Positions 14,516-26,622 of a stretch of DNA of 64,000 bases are shown here, in pieces. The notes beneath the pieces are model-generated. The model was not told the DNA's origin and searched no databases. It saw only the letters and a program-made list of their open reading frames with translations. The first letter of the stretch is position 1; every line of letters starts with the position of its first letter. The translations under genes and the position numbers were made by a program. Origin of the DNA: Trichoplax adhaerens (Eukaryota; Animalia; Placozoa); contig NW_002060958.1 in NCBI RefSeq assembly GCF_000150275.1, positions 479,701 through 543,700 on the forward strand. The letters run 5' to 3'.

Positions 14516-15202
14516 TAGAGTACTTTCATCCGAAATACTTACAGTACAGTACGTACACTTTGCATGAGCCCTACCTGCTACCACACACTTTGTATGCAAG
14601 CATTTACCAATTCCAAATCAGTCCAAGTAGCCTTTTAACCCGCTGCTTTACTGGCAGTGTGCTTGTATTTTTGCATATGCGTACAAAAACAATCCATCGA
14701 TTGATCATCACATCCTCGTTTTATACGCATATTTCGAATTGAAGATTCCTTTTTAGTTAGTTAGTCGGTTAGATAGTCAACTAGTTTTTCAATTGATATT
14801 TAATTGTAAAGACTATAATCTTGGGTGCCGAGATTTCTTCAGTATTAAATGATAGTAAATCTCTGACTTTCTCGTCTACACTATCTGTGACGCTATAATT
14901 ATACCATAGTATTCGGTCGTTGGAACTGAATTATTTGGTGATATAGCTAATCTCGCCTCTTAAGTTAGTAAGTGGCGTTCTCCGCAAGGATTGGCGTGTG
15001 TAGACTAATTTGTCACTAGTGGTGTGCGACACGAATACACGATGGTGGTCATGACAGTAACACTAGCTTTGGCAGGTCAGTCCCCTGATGCAAGCATGAT
15101 TCATTTACTCTGTTCTATTAGTAAACAGAATGGCTAGTTTTTTTATTCACGCGTTGATGAAACATAACGCCATATGTAAGTGTTTCGGATGAAAGTACTC
15201 TA
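14516..15202. mobile_element. Non-autonomous TIR element (MITE/foldback-like), ~687 bp
   Basis: 14516-14543 TAGAGTACTTTCATCCGAAATACTTACA is the reverse complement of 15175-15202 TGTAAGTGTTTCGGATGAAAGTACTCTA (27/28 match). Weaker inverted similarity continues inside, and there is no credible ORF. Confidence 0.7.
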
Positions 15203-16587
15203 CTAGTAGTCATAGGATTGATTTGGGATGCAGTAGTGTAGAGTTACTGTTCCAAATTTTCCATGAAAGTATTGTGCTGTACAGTACAGTACAATGGATG
15301 GGTACAATTAAATGACTTGCTATACAGTAGAATTGAGGTGGGATTAGTGCTTGCATAAAAGGCAAACAAGTTCCAGATCATACTACTGTTATATATATAT
15401 ATATTGTAGTTTTAAATTACAAAATACCATGAAGCAACCGAACCTTTCTCAGGTCTAGTCTTATCAAATTCTGGATACCTGTCAAAGCATAGCCAATGAC
15501 TTGATGTACTTTGCTGCATACCAGCTTTGTTGCTAACAATGTATTATTAAATAAATATAAAAGCCCACAGTTGTATCAAGATAAATCGATACCAATTACA
15601 TCAATATCATTGTCATCCGAATAGATTAGCAAATATACTAGTGCTACAGCTGTAAGACTTATTCTCCGATGACGTTAAATCCATTCTCAAAGAGAGACAA
15701 TTACAATTATACTGTAAGTTACACTGAGGAATGATTCAGTCGTGAGTGGGCTGCCAGATAGGGAGTTTAAATTTTTCGATCTTATATACGAGCAGTACAA
15801 AAGGCAACCATCTTGTGGTAAGTCTATGCTTCTTAATATATACGCAAGAAAAGTAGTAACTATCCCCATGCCATCTTTGTGTAACTTGCAAATCAGTGTC
15901 CCAGAAAGGACAAAGCTAGCAGATCACATCACTAGGAAAGATGACAGTGAGCTACTGTTGATTGCTACCTAGTTAGAATTTGCTTACAAAGTTTACTGAC
16001 CTCGAATACGTCAATATAAACTATTATCGAGAGTCTATAAACAAGGATCACAGTTACAGTAGCATCATACACTTGTTTATGCAGCAACTAAAATTCAGAT
16101 ACTGCATGACATGACGCAGATCAAGCGCAATTCATCACAGCTGTTCCAATCGGTTATGTCTACCGTAGAAAATCAGCACGCTTACATCATTAAGGAATGT
16201 TTAATCTAGAAATTTAATCAAGATATTGATAACTTAACTTAATAATCACCATCAGCGTCTTAACAATGCACTCTATCAATGAGACAAGCTAAATAATAGA
16301 AATAGTATACAGTAGAGTACAAATGAGTCCAAAAACAGTAAGAAACAAATAAAATTTGCTGTATTTTGATAACATGTTAAGAATTTTGAGTCAGTAGCCC
16401 TTCCAGCATTATATTAAAAACTCCTAACATCAAAAATCTTGAAAAAAGACAACACAGTTTGTATGAATAGGTAACGTCAAACAGTATTCAACAATAAATG
16501 TTGACAACCTTTATGTTATATCATTGGTAATTAATCAGTTATTACACTAGTACAAATACAATAAGAATACCTAGTTTTTTTTTAAAT

Positions 16588-18748
16588 TTAGATAGTGGCT
16601 AAATAATCTTTTACTTCGGATGGTGATAGTCGATTAAAGCCACTAGAATTAACCACTCCAATTTCAATGTTGTCTTCTGTCATTTGACCATCGAAACTTT
16701 CCTATCCAATAAAATATCAATTCGGTAGACAAAGTTAAAATTTTCTGCAAATACGCGTATATCTTTTTCATCCTCTATCGCGACATACCTTTAACGTTAA
16801 AATGGCCGTGTGGATAGCATCTTCTAGTTCCATTTCTTCGTTATACCTTGAAGTAGAAACATAAGTCATAGAACGTTTTAATGAATACTCTAAGACGTGT
16901 CTATCGGCGATGCAAGAAAGTCTAGTGACGATTATCCTACCGTTTCTCTAAGAATGTTTTACCATTAACATGATTTTTTCCAAGAGCTGTAGCTTTCCAA
17001 GCAAAGAATGCACCCTAAATAAAGGTTGATAAATCTTTCATGCACAAATTTCGATTTGAATTATACTTTGTAAGAACAAGTATCGAAACGTACCGATGGA
17101 TCGCACTGATAAAGATATGGCCCTTCATCACCAGTTCCAGCCATTAAAAGAGATACACCAAAAGGCCTTACACCACTAAATAAATACATGTAATTTCGTA
17201 AGCCTACACGATTGGTAATATCATTTTAACGTAAGCCTAAACTCTTAATATTGTAAGATTTAGTATCAAACCCGGATTGAGTATATTCTTGCATGACTGA
17301 TGCAACTTTTTCTACCAATTGTGACGTTGGAATAGAATCTTGGTACTTCATTTGATATTCCTGGGCCAATTTACGAGCTTTACGTAACAGAACCCTAATA
17401 TGTAATATCATTGCAAGAACAGAAGGATATTTACGTTGGTATGGCTTACAAAATACAACCGGTTTGAGTCAATGCTACGAAATGAACTATTCAAGATCGA
17501 TTCTACAGTATACGCCAAATTGCATCGCAATAGTAGCGGGAATCTACTACTAACAACTACTGGAAGCATCACTGTAGCAGTTGTTTCGTTAAATGGATGC
17601 TTCCGTTGTGATGAAATGATGTAAATCGTGTTGCCTGGATAAAGAGCTAATGTAAGACAGTAAAGCCTTATCCACAGGTTGCGAACTGCATTTTACGTAC
17701 CTATAATCGGGTCCCATTCCACTGTACACCATACCAATTTTATCAGTTATTCTAGCGACCTAAGTGTATATATCAAAAATGGACAACAATCTTTTATTTC
17801 AACCATGAGTACAGACGAATTAGTAAAACTATGGCTATACTCCTCTCTCATTAGAATTTCTGGTAATAATAGCAAAGTCGTACGTAACAATCCCTTTTCA
17901 ACATGTACAATATCAATCCCGTCATTGAAATTGAATACATTACCTTATGAGTACTATTTTCATCGTATAGTTGAGATTTATATTTTTTTTCCGTGGCTAA
18001 AACGGCACCATTGGCAACTATTCAGGCATATTGTATTTAATATATCAGTCATTGTAATATGGCGTTGAATGTTCAATCAAATGCTGTGCACCTTTATGTA
18101 GGTAACAGCTTATCGACATTATGAAAGAGTTTGGAAGGAAGGGATTTATCCAAAGAGAATACATTACTTATTTATCTTACCTTTAATACCAATGGAGGGA
18201 CTGCCGGCAGCAACTGCTGCTAAAGCATATTCAATTTGTACAAGTTTACCGGATGGACTATAATAAAATAATCATTGAAAGCAAGATTGAATTATTTTTC
18301 GATCCTATTCCTTATCTAGTCGCATACGCATTTTGTCGATACGATCCTATTCACATCGAATCCAATCTACTTCATGAACGATAAAGCTTTAATACATTCA
18401 AGTGGACTCATAAAAAGTCCGTAGAGGTCTTAGAGGATATTTACTATGATCAACTGACGGCTCGAATGACTGTTGTGCTCCAAACTGCAAGCACCCGGTA
18501 TGATATAGAAACTTTGTCAAGACACAGTATAACACAAAGAGAATTGGACGAGTCGTTCTACTCGTCTATGTATCCATTTGTGCCTTGATAGGCTCAATAA
18601 AACTTATTAAAAGCATTTACTAATCATTGTAGAAAAGATGCTTAAGAATTCAATCAAACATTTACTTCTAATTTACCATGGAAAGTCTATCAAATGGAGT
18701 TCAAAATTACCTGAAGGTAGTTAAACTGAAGCTGTAGCGTTCGGACAT
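16588..18748 (-). CDS. PSMA2: Proteasome 20S subunit alpha type-2, about 9 coding exons
   Basis: Exon 18711-18748 [13 protein letters not shown]; exon 18181-18257 [25 protein letters not shown]; later exons [30 protein letters not shown]; C-terminus [10 protein letters not shown] with TAA at 16588. GT-AG introns. Confidence 0.97.
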
Positions 18749-19504
18749 GACGAAGCAAGACGATTGTATGTTCACTTTGCCTCAATGCTTCAACGTGAGA
18801 TCACTTTAATCCACCGTCACTAACGGCTCAGCGGTACTAGTAGTCTACTCCTACTATCGTTCAAGACAGTCGTGTCGGTATGGCAGCAAGCACTGACCGT
18901 GACCAAGAGGGACATGGTGCATGCGCACAAATCCTGGCATTCTTGTTCTATACAGTCACAGTACTTTCTCCTCGACAGACATACTGTACACTGTACAGTA
19001 CGTCTAGTGTAAGACAACATTTTATTTTGGAGAAGTCCGTTTGAAACAAAAGTCCGTTAACAGTAGCTAACTATAGTGGGTAAAAATTGAAACTCAAGGA
19101 TTTCTTTCATACCCAACCGATTAAGGTTTAACTAAAAAATGGCTAGGGAATCTTAACGAAAATCAACTAAGAAATACGCACTAAGAAAGTTGAACTTTCA
19201 TGGTACAGTAGTGTACAGTACTGTACTACTAGTACACTGAGTACAGTCCATGCTGAACGCGCATGTGCTCGAAGTTAAACAGTCTCTTTCTACAGTGTAC
19301 AGTGGACGGTACTGTAGTCCACTGTACTGTACTGTACCCTTTCGCGACGTGTCGTAACGGTTCGCCAGCGTCTGAAGTTTTAGTCTGGCTGGACTTGAGC
19401 ATACTGAGCTGCTCAGACACACCTACTGCACTTTAAAATTGTTTTGCTTGCAGTCGGTTGCAGCCATTCCATAATCCACATCGATAATTTCCATCCACTC
19501 AATC
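18749..19504. promoter_or_regulatory. Bidirectional promoter region PSMA2/HIBADH with CAGTA/TACTG arrays and NRF1-like words
   Basis: Divergent ATGs are ~756 bp apart. Arrays at ~18950-19010 and ~19200-19340. TGCATGCGCA at 18918 and CGCGCATGTGC at 19258. Confidence 0.7.
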
Positions 19505-22500
19505 ATGGCTTACTTGTTAAGGGAAGTCGGTAGGAATAACAGCAAAGTGACCAGCAGCTGTAGGTTAATCAAGCGCTGTATATCAGGTAACTTTACCTTC
19601 ATCCTTAAAATCTTCTATACGAGTAAACTGTTCACTGCAGTCTCATCTCGCCCAAACCTTGTACAAAATTCGGGCACCTTTCCGATTCTTCATGCAAAAT
19701 TGACGATGCCTCTTTTAGTGACTACCGTAGCAACTCTCTCAGGGTCTCTAGCAGTCACTGAAGAGCTGGGGGTTAATGTTTTTATCTGATACTCGAGAGT
19801 AAACTGTATTGATCTGATAAACTGCTTATTGTGGCGCTGTTATCAATGCATAGTCTTGAGAGTAGTCATGCTATACGCCTATAACGTAGTTCATTAGCAT
19901 ATTGCAAAGGATTATGCTTCTGTAATATAAGTATCCTTGGTATACTGTACATTCGTATTGCTACCAGGTTATCTTGTATTTCGAGCAAGACGTATACGCG
20001 TACGTATGCTGAAGGACTTATCAACGCTTCATTAATTGAATCAAATTGATGCTACCCTGCTCTAAGTAAAAGACTACTGTAATCAAATGCAATTGTGTGC
20101 TGTTCACTCATTGATTACATACCGTCGATTACAACATACGCTAGCAAATACGTGTATTATTACGGTGTATGGTATATCGTTGCTATACTTAATCTGCACT
20201 ATTCTGATCGTACACATCTTCAAAACTCCATTCAATACCTTACTAACTATTGGCTGACAGCTCAATCTTGTCTGATCAAATCATGTACAGAGCTCAGTGA
20301 CAAGTGAGCGATGATGCTAAATGGCTGGAGTTATTTATTAAACATTGTATGATCCACGCACTATTATAGCACATACAATGTACATGTTGGTCTCGTTTAT
20401 GGTATAGACTTATTTTATCATGTTATCTTTTTCTACTAGGATCCAGCATCAAAAACAAGGTAAATTCGTGTCTGTCTCTGCAAGTTCAAATTCTACCGTC
20501 AATACTATCACCAGAAACAAGACATAACTTTACATTTCAGCTACACGAATACATCACCTGTGTCAAATTCATGTTATTGTAATCGCCTTATGCTAAGTTA
20601 TTTATTTTTACTATAAAACTAAACGTTAAAGTCACAGTCGGAAACGGTAGTTGTTACAGCAAAATTGTAAACAAAGCCTAGACAGTGCCTTGAGTAGCTG
20701 CGATTGTACGTATTCGAGATCTGAATAGAGAATTAGGCTTCTTTAAAGCAGTGATGTAACAAAAGCTGTATATCTACCAACAACGTCTCACGATAGTCAA
20801 GCTCTGTACTACAATACTCTACAGTTACAGTTGTATGCTAACGGTAAAATTGAATACAATACTTGAAAATAATAGATAATGAATTGCACTTTAGGATATT
20901 GGCTTTATCGGCTTGGGCAACATGGGCGCTTCTATGGCGAGAAATTTAATGAAAAATGGCCATAAAGTCATTGTTAACGATGTAGTACCTGAATCAGTCA
21001 GCGCTTTGAAAAATGACGGTGCTGAAGTTGCTCAAACTGCAGCAGAGTTAGCTAGCAGAACATCAACTATTGTGACAATGTTGCCATCAAATCCTCATGT
21101 ACGTGAAGTTTATACCGGCAGTAATGGATTGTTTAGGTAAGTTTTGCATTAAATTGAGATGAAGTTCAATAGAGCATCGCTATTACACTGTCATTCAAGC
21201 TCCATGGATGTTAGTACTTTGCAGATCAAATTTTGTGGTATTAGTGACCATGGATATTGATAACTAGTCAATGCATGCTTTCATTTGTTGGGTGACATGA
21301 TTACGTCAATCAAGTGTAGCTTCGTTCAGTTAATGTACAGGAGACAGGTAGAATGGCTAGAGTCGGAGAAAAATGATTGCATTATGAACTAGCTCTGATT
21401 TGGTTAAGAAATTTGTGCTCTACTTTCTTACATAGTACTGCAAGCCAAGATTCCTTATTCATTGATAGTAGTACAATCGATCCGGCTGTATCACAAGAAA
21501 TGGCTGCAATAGCTTCCGAAAAAGGAAGTACTTTTATGGACGCTCCAGTTTCTGGAGGTACAACTGTTTCTTCATATATTGAAATACCGTACTTTTATTT
21601 TATTACAGTTGGTTCACATCGTTGATAAGTGATTGCAGATATTGTGTCCATCAGTACAATGTCGTCAAAAATTTATGCTAGGAAAAGTTTAAAAATAGCT
21701 TTTTAATTCCCGTAAATAGGAGTTGTAGCGGCTCGCGATGCGTTATTAACATTTATGGTTGGAGGCCCGGAAGAAAAGTTTGATGAAGTTAAGAGTATAT
21801 TAGATTGCATGGGGAAAAATATTGTTCACTGTGGCAAAGTTGGAACCGGACAAGCATCAAAAATTTGTAACAATATGCTTTTGGCTATTGGCATGATTGG
21901 AACATCTGAAACAATGAACTTAGGAATAAGGTAGCTTATAACCACTGCCTAGTTCGTCGTCGAAATTATTGTAAATTTATTGTTGCATTTTCTGATTGAT
22001 GTCATAATCACTCTGTGATACCATAATCCTTCGATAGCAGATCTTAGGGATCATTTACCCAATTCAAAGCGAACAGATTATTGTTGATATTTCATTAGTT
22101 CATAGTAATGCGTTTCTTTCCAGTACACTAGCGAACGTAAATTTTAATATCAAATGGATAACAAATGTTTTTACTATCTACAAAAGGCTCGGCCTAGATC
22201 CAAAATTGCTGGCAAAAATTCTTAACATGAGCTCAGGTAGATGCTGGTCTAGCGAGGTATATAATCCATGCCCAGGAGTAATTGAAGGTATTCCATCCAG
22301 TAACAATTATGAAGGTGGATTCGGAACTGCTCTAATGACCAAGGTTTGACTTATACTAAAGTATTTCTACTCACTCTTTATGGATGTCACTGAAATATTT
22401 TAGTAGTTTAGCCAGGCAATTGTTATAAAATAGATTGCAAACTCCAATGTCTAATCTCTTACGGGAATGATTGGGTCATTTGATTATGATCTATTGCAGG

Positions 22501-22652
22501 ATCTAGGTTTGGCTCAGAGTGCTGCAAACGCTACGAATTCTCCTACGCCCTTAGGATCTCTTGCCCATCAGCTGTATCGCGTACTATGTAACAATGGCTA
22601 TGGGAAGAAAGACTTTTCAGTAGTATTTCAAACTTTAAAAGAAGAAGAATAG
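19505..22652 (+). CDS. HIBADH: 3-hydroxyisobutyrate dehydrogenase, mitochondrial, 7 coding exons
   Basis: Exons 19505-19586 (basic transit peptide), 20440-20459, 20895-21137 ([20 protein letters not shown]), ~21436-21557 (DSSTIDP..DAPVSG), ~21720-21930 (KICNNML), ~22187-22343, 22500-22652 (KDFS). The first three junctions were checked in frame. Confidence 0.97.
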
Positions 22653-23687
22653 AAGCTGATCAATCAAAATCACAGAAATGCTGCTTCAAAAGGTTTCCGA
22701 TAAGAGAAATTCATGCAGGATCTCACTTAGCTAATATCTAACAAATTCTTTTTCAACTATCAAGCGTCCTTACGTTATACAGTTTGCTCTTATTACATGT
22801 AGATTGTAAGCTAATAATTTGGCCATTAGGATTTATGGACATTGTTTATTTTGATGGTACTTTGAGAATAGTTGAAGCAGATATTCCAGATATAAATTTG
22901 AAGTATTTGAGGAATAAATGTATAACGACGAACTTTATGACTCTTTGAATGATTTCAATGGCATTTTCTGCATTTCAGAATAACAACGTATGCTGCTACA
23001 GCATTGTTTGCCTATATAAGATTGTATCGATTTATTACAGCATTCTATCTTTTTTGCATTGTATTACACGCTCAGAAAGTTTTATCAACGTAGGTAAGCT
23101 GAAATGCGAGTCTAACAACGCCATCTTTCATTACATAGTCGAATCTGCTCTGTACAGTATGCTGTACAATGCATGATACATTTGGACAAGCTTTTGATGA
23201 ATCTATTGCATGATGAAATACTGTAGTATTGAACGAATAGAATAATGCTATCAATGTGACAAGTATCCATTGTACGCACACATAGAAAATGGCCATTCCA
23301 ACAATCTAGTTGATATTGTTATAGTTGTAGTAGAATAATATAAGAGATGCCTATACAAATTATTTCTTGTCAATAGCTGCTTAAGTTAACGCATTCACCA
23401 TGTGAAAGACCACGAACTCGGCAAACTACAGTACTTTTATCGAAATTATACATGTAGTTCTTGTGCGCCATAAGAGGTTCGTTTGATTTCAGTCCTATAA
23501 AGTGAAGACACCGAAATTGATTAGTAATGCAAGCAAAAGCGATAGAGTACAGTATAGCCATTTTGAGTTTATTCTCATTGTATAACAATTTCAACATTGC
23601 AAATCTCCTCTAATTTTACAAGTGTTTGTAAAGTGTAGCTGAGCACAAGTTGTATATTGATACTACAGCTCTTATTTGTATTTCGAT

Positions 23688-24255
23688 TCATGTTTGCAGT
23701 GTAAAATAGTCCTATGGAGCAACTTTACCAAATGAGCAGTTATCTATAAAGCTAGCCAAGATTAGTAGAGGCTCAAATCTGTACTGTCGATACGTAACAC
23801 ACTGTCTTTAGTGTCTTGCAATCTCGGTGGTACTGTCTGAAAAGATTGCACGTCCACTTACTATAGTATCTTGTAAGATGGCGTACTAAGATTCCTCTTA
23901 TGATGGAAACTACTAAGCGTCAACGTTGTTGATTGACTAGCTAGCTATACCCGTATATAGCTGTATTCGTAATCACTCCAGAGCTATCCTACTGGACTTG
24001 ATTGGATCCTAGTCACTGTACAGTTACTACGTATGTTGGCGAATATCCATGGGTGAAATGGGAAGTAAGAAAGATGCGTAAATATGCCAGCGTACTTACA
24101 TCGACTTTACTTAAAACTTTGTTAGCACGGCGTCGTTCCAACACATCATAAGAAGCGCGTGATAAGATGTAACCACTATAGACGGTTAGTAGAATTAGCG
24201 AAAAGGTTACTCCACGTTGGACCTTGGTTAGGAAAGGTATCGGCCGAGTAGCCAT
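23688..24255 (-). CDS. COX14: Cytochrome c oxidase assembly factor COX14-like small membrane protein
   Basis: Exon 24100-24255 encodes MATRPIPFLTKVQRGVTFSLILLTVYSGYILSRASYDVLERRRANKVLSKVD and ends at a GTAAGT donor. LLTVYSGY..RR matches the metazoan COX14 motif LLTVYGGY..RR. The terminal exon 23688-23711 (DYFTLQT*) is tentative. Confidence 0.7.
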
Positions 24256-24329
24256 TTTTGTAGGTTGGCAATTATGGACGAATGCAACAGACCGGTCCCG
24301 GTACAGACCTGACGATAGCGGTTGACGCA

Positions 24330-24500
24330 GTGTACCCGTCATACTGTACACTGTACAGTACTCTTTTTTACGGTGGATTCTGTTCTGTTCCTTTTTCAGT
24401 ACTGTACACTGTACATTGTACGGTACAGTATTTTTTTCGGTTGGTGTACAGTACCTCGTACTCTATTGGGCAGGGCAGTGTACTGTACACTGTACACTGT
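24330..24500. repeat. CAGTA/TACTG/TGTACA array upstream of COX14
   Basis: Dense ACTGTAC/TACAGTA units ~75-245 bp upstream of the COX14 ATG. Confidence 0.85.
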
Positions 24501-24802
24501 GTCATTCGGACCTCCTCAATTTCTGAGCTAAATACTGTCTCAGAAACTCCCAGTAAAAACTTTCAGCATCAAAAACATTGCGAGAAACGGAGGGATTTGC
24601 AGTTGCACTTTTGTGGTCATCAATCTTTATTGAAGATTGCAAAAGTTCGATGATCAACTGTCTTGAAAGAAGCGACTATCCCTATGTCAGGTCTATCCCT
24701 ACCTGACAATGACCGTGTACAGTAGAGTAAGCAGTTTACTCGTCATACTGTGCTCTACATATTGGACATGTATTCAAGGCCTTCTGAATTTCTAGGAAAA
24801 AG

Positions 24803-25251
24803 AGACAACAGACTGATCAAAGATATTGCGAAAAACGGGCGGGGGAAAGATTTGCAGTTGCAGTCCTGTTATCGTCAATCTTTCTTTATTTAGGATTGCA
24901 AAGTTCGATGATATTCTGTCTTGGAAGAAGCAACTATCCCTATATCAGGTCTATCAGACAACAGACTGATCAAAGACATTGCGAAAAAACGGGCGGGGGG
25001 AAGGATTTGCAGTTGCAGTCCTGTCATCGTCAATCTTTCTTTATTTAGGATTGCAAAGTTCGATGATATTCTGTCTTGGAAGAAGCAACTATCCCTATGT
25101 CAGGTCTATCAGACAACAGACTGATCAAAGACATTGCGAAAAACGGGCGGGGGGAAGGATTTGCAGTTGCAGTCCTGTCATCGTCAATCTTTCTTTATTT
25201 AGGATTGCAAAAGTTCGATGATAAACTGTCCTGGAAGAAGCAACTATCCCT
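24803..25251. repeat. Tandem repeat, ~153-155 bp unit, ~3 copies, plus a degenerate copy at ~24560-24700
   Basis: AGACAACAGACTGATCAAAG starts at 24803, 24956 and 25111; the units are near-identical. Confidence 0.95.
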
Positions 25252-25254
25252 GAT

Positions 25255-26100
25255 AGTAGAGGATGGTTACAGGACTGTCATTGATTTGGTTACCGAGTAG
25301 AGTATTGTGCCGACACAAGTGTAGTTCAAGACTACTTTTGAACACCGCTGCAATGTTCAAAGTGCCGCTAATAGGCCGTAGTTGTAGTTGGAAGTTCTTT
25401 CAGGTGCCTTTCGGTCAGGACATTTGCCAATGTGGACCACGGCTATGGCGCATAGAGTGTTACTGCTAAAAGTAGTCAATGTCGATCTCTTGAATAACTT
25501 TATACAGTAGCCCACAACGAATGGTGTCCTTGTCGTACACCTGTACAGGCACGCCTCTGATAGCCTGTTGAGATGAGAACGATGACCAAACTAATTTAGC
25601 GTGTTGTAATCCTTGATTCTGTTTTTGGACCCAAGAGGCATGTTGAATTTTCTCCCAGCACCAACAACATCGATCGATCAATGTCAGAAAGCATTTTCTC
25701 TCTTTGGCTTTCGCTGAAACATCTGCTTGTGGATACTGTATAGAGAGAGAAGAGAGAGATAGATGGAATAGTTACAACATGTAGAGCAATCACTTTCCAA
25801 CGGGATAGATCCGTCTGCAGACTGTAGTATGCTTTGATTGATGCCTTCACGGAATGCAACTGTCCTGTCAACATAGCCACCACTGCCATGGTATGCAGAA
25901 TGCGCCCTAAATCACACCAACGCAAAGGGCAAAAGGCAGCTTTGATCCTTTTCTCATCATCATGTCCATGTTGATCTAGTAGTCCATGCTGACTGGATGA
26001 GTCATAAACTCCTTGCAAATAAAGTGGACATTCTTTTGTCGACCGGCATGTTGTCCATCCAAGTATCGATCGCGCATACAGCCAACAGCGATCCATACTA
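25255..26100 (-). pseudogene. GC-richer segment with interrupted reading frames; possible decayed gene or mobile-element ORF, family unrecognised
   Basis: Overlapping 166-aa and 71-aa ORFs continue into a frame punctuated by stops down to ~25260. Composition differs from the flanks. Confidence 0.3.
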
Positions 26101-26622
26101 CCGTATACAAGTGGATCTTAATGGCGGAAACGTAAGGCCCACAACCATTTGCATACCAATAGACTATTGGATAAATCAGGCAAATTGCACATCAAAGGCT
26201 GTTACTAGCTTATAGTAAAGCAAAGCCTTGTGGCGTTATAGAAGCGAGCGACCTCCCGCGCTGCACTAGAATCTCCTGAGCGGTCCATATTAACATCCTA
26301 TTGACGTTGATGACTAACGTTAGCGAATCGACTGGCAGTAAATTGTGGAAAGTTCATCGATCCTACGTTCATTCTGCAGTGGCAACTTGCCTAGATCACA
26401 GTTTAAACGACTAAAAATAACCTTATTACGCACCTGCTGCTACTGACGTAAATTGGACGCCAAAACAAACACGGAAGCAAATACGATCATTCCTTAATTC
26501 AATATATTGTACGCTGTATTTTCTGTGCTAGGTCGGTAAAATCAAGCCGTTTCTTTATCCAATCGGTACAAAATTTTGTAGTCTATTTTAACTGCCTTTT
26601 TACAGTATCAAGGTGGAGAAGG

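Noticed and set aside
17679-18068. 129-aa + strand ORF and other antisense ORFs (3144-3344, 12694-12939, 29466-29741, 40770-41066, 48683-48922, 58545-58826)
   Set aside because: They are shadows on the opposite strand of real exons.
24803-25251. CRISPR-like appearance of the tandem arrays (also 36673-37240 and 54299-54720)
   Set aside because: Whole units repeat with no unique spacers, there are no cas genes, and the context is eukaryotic.
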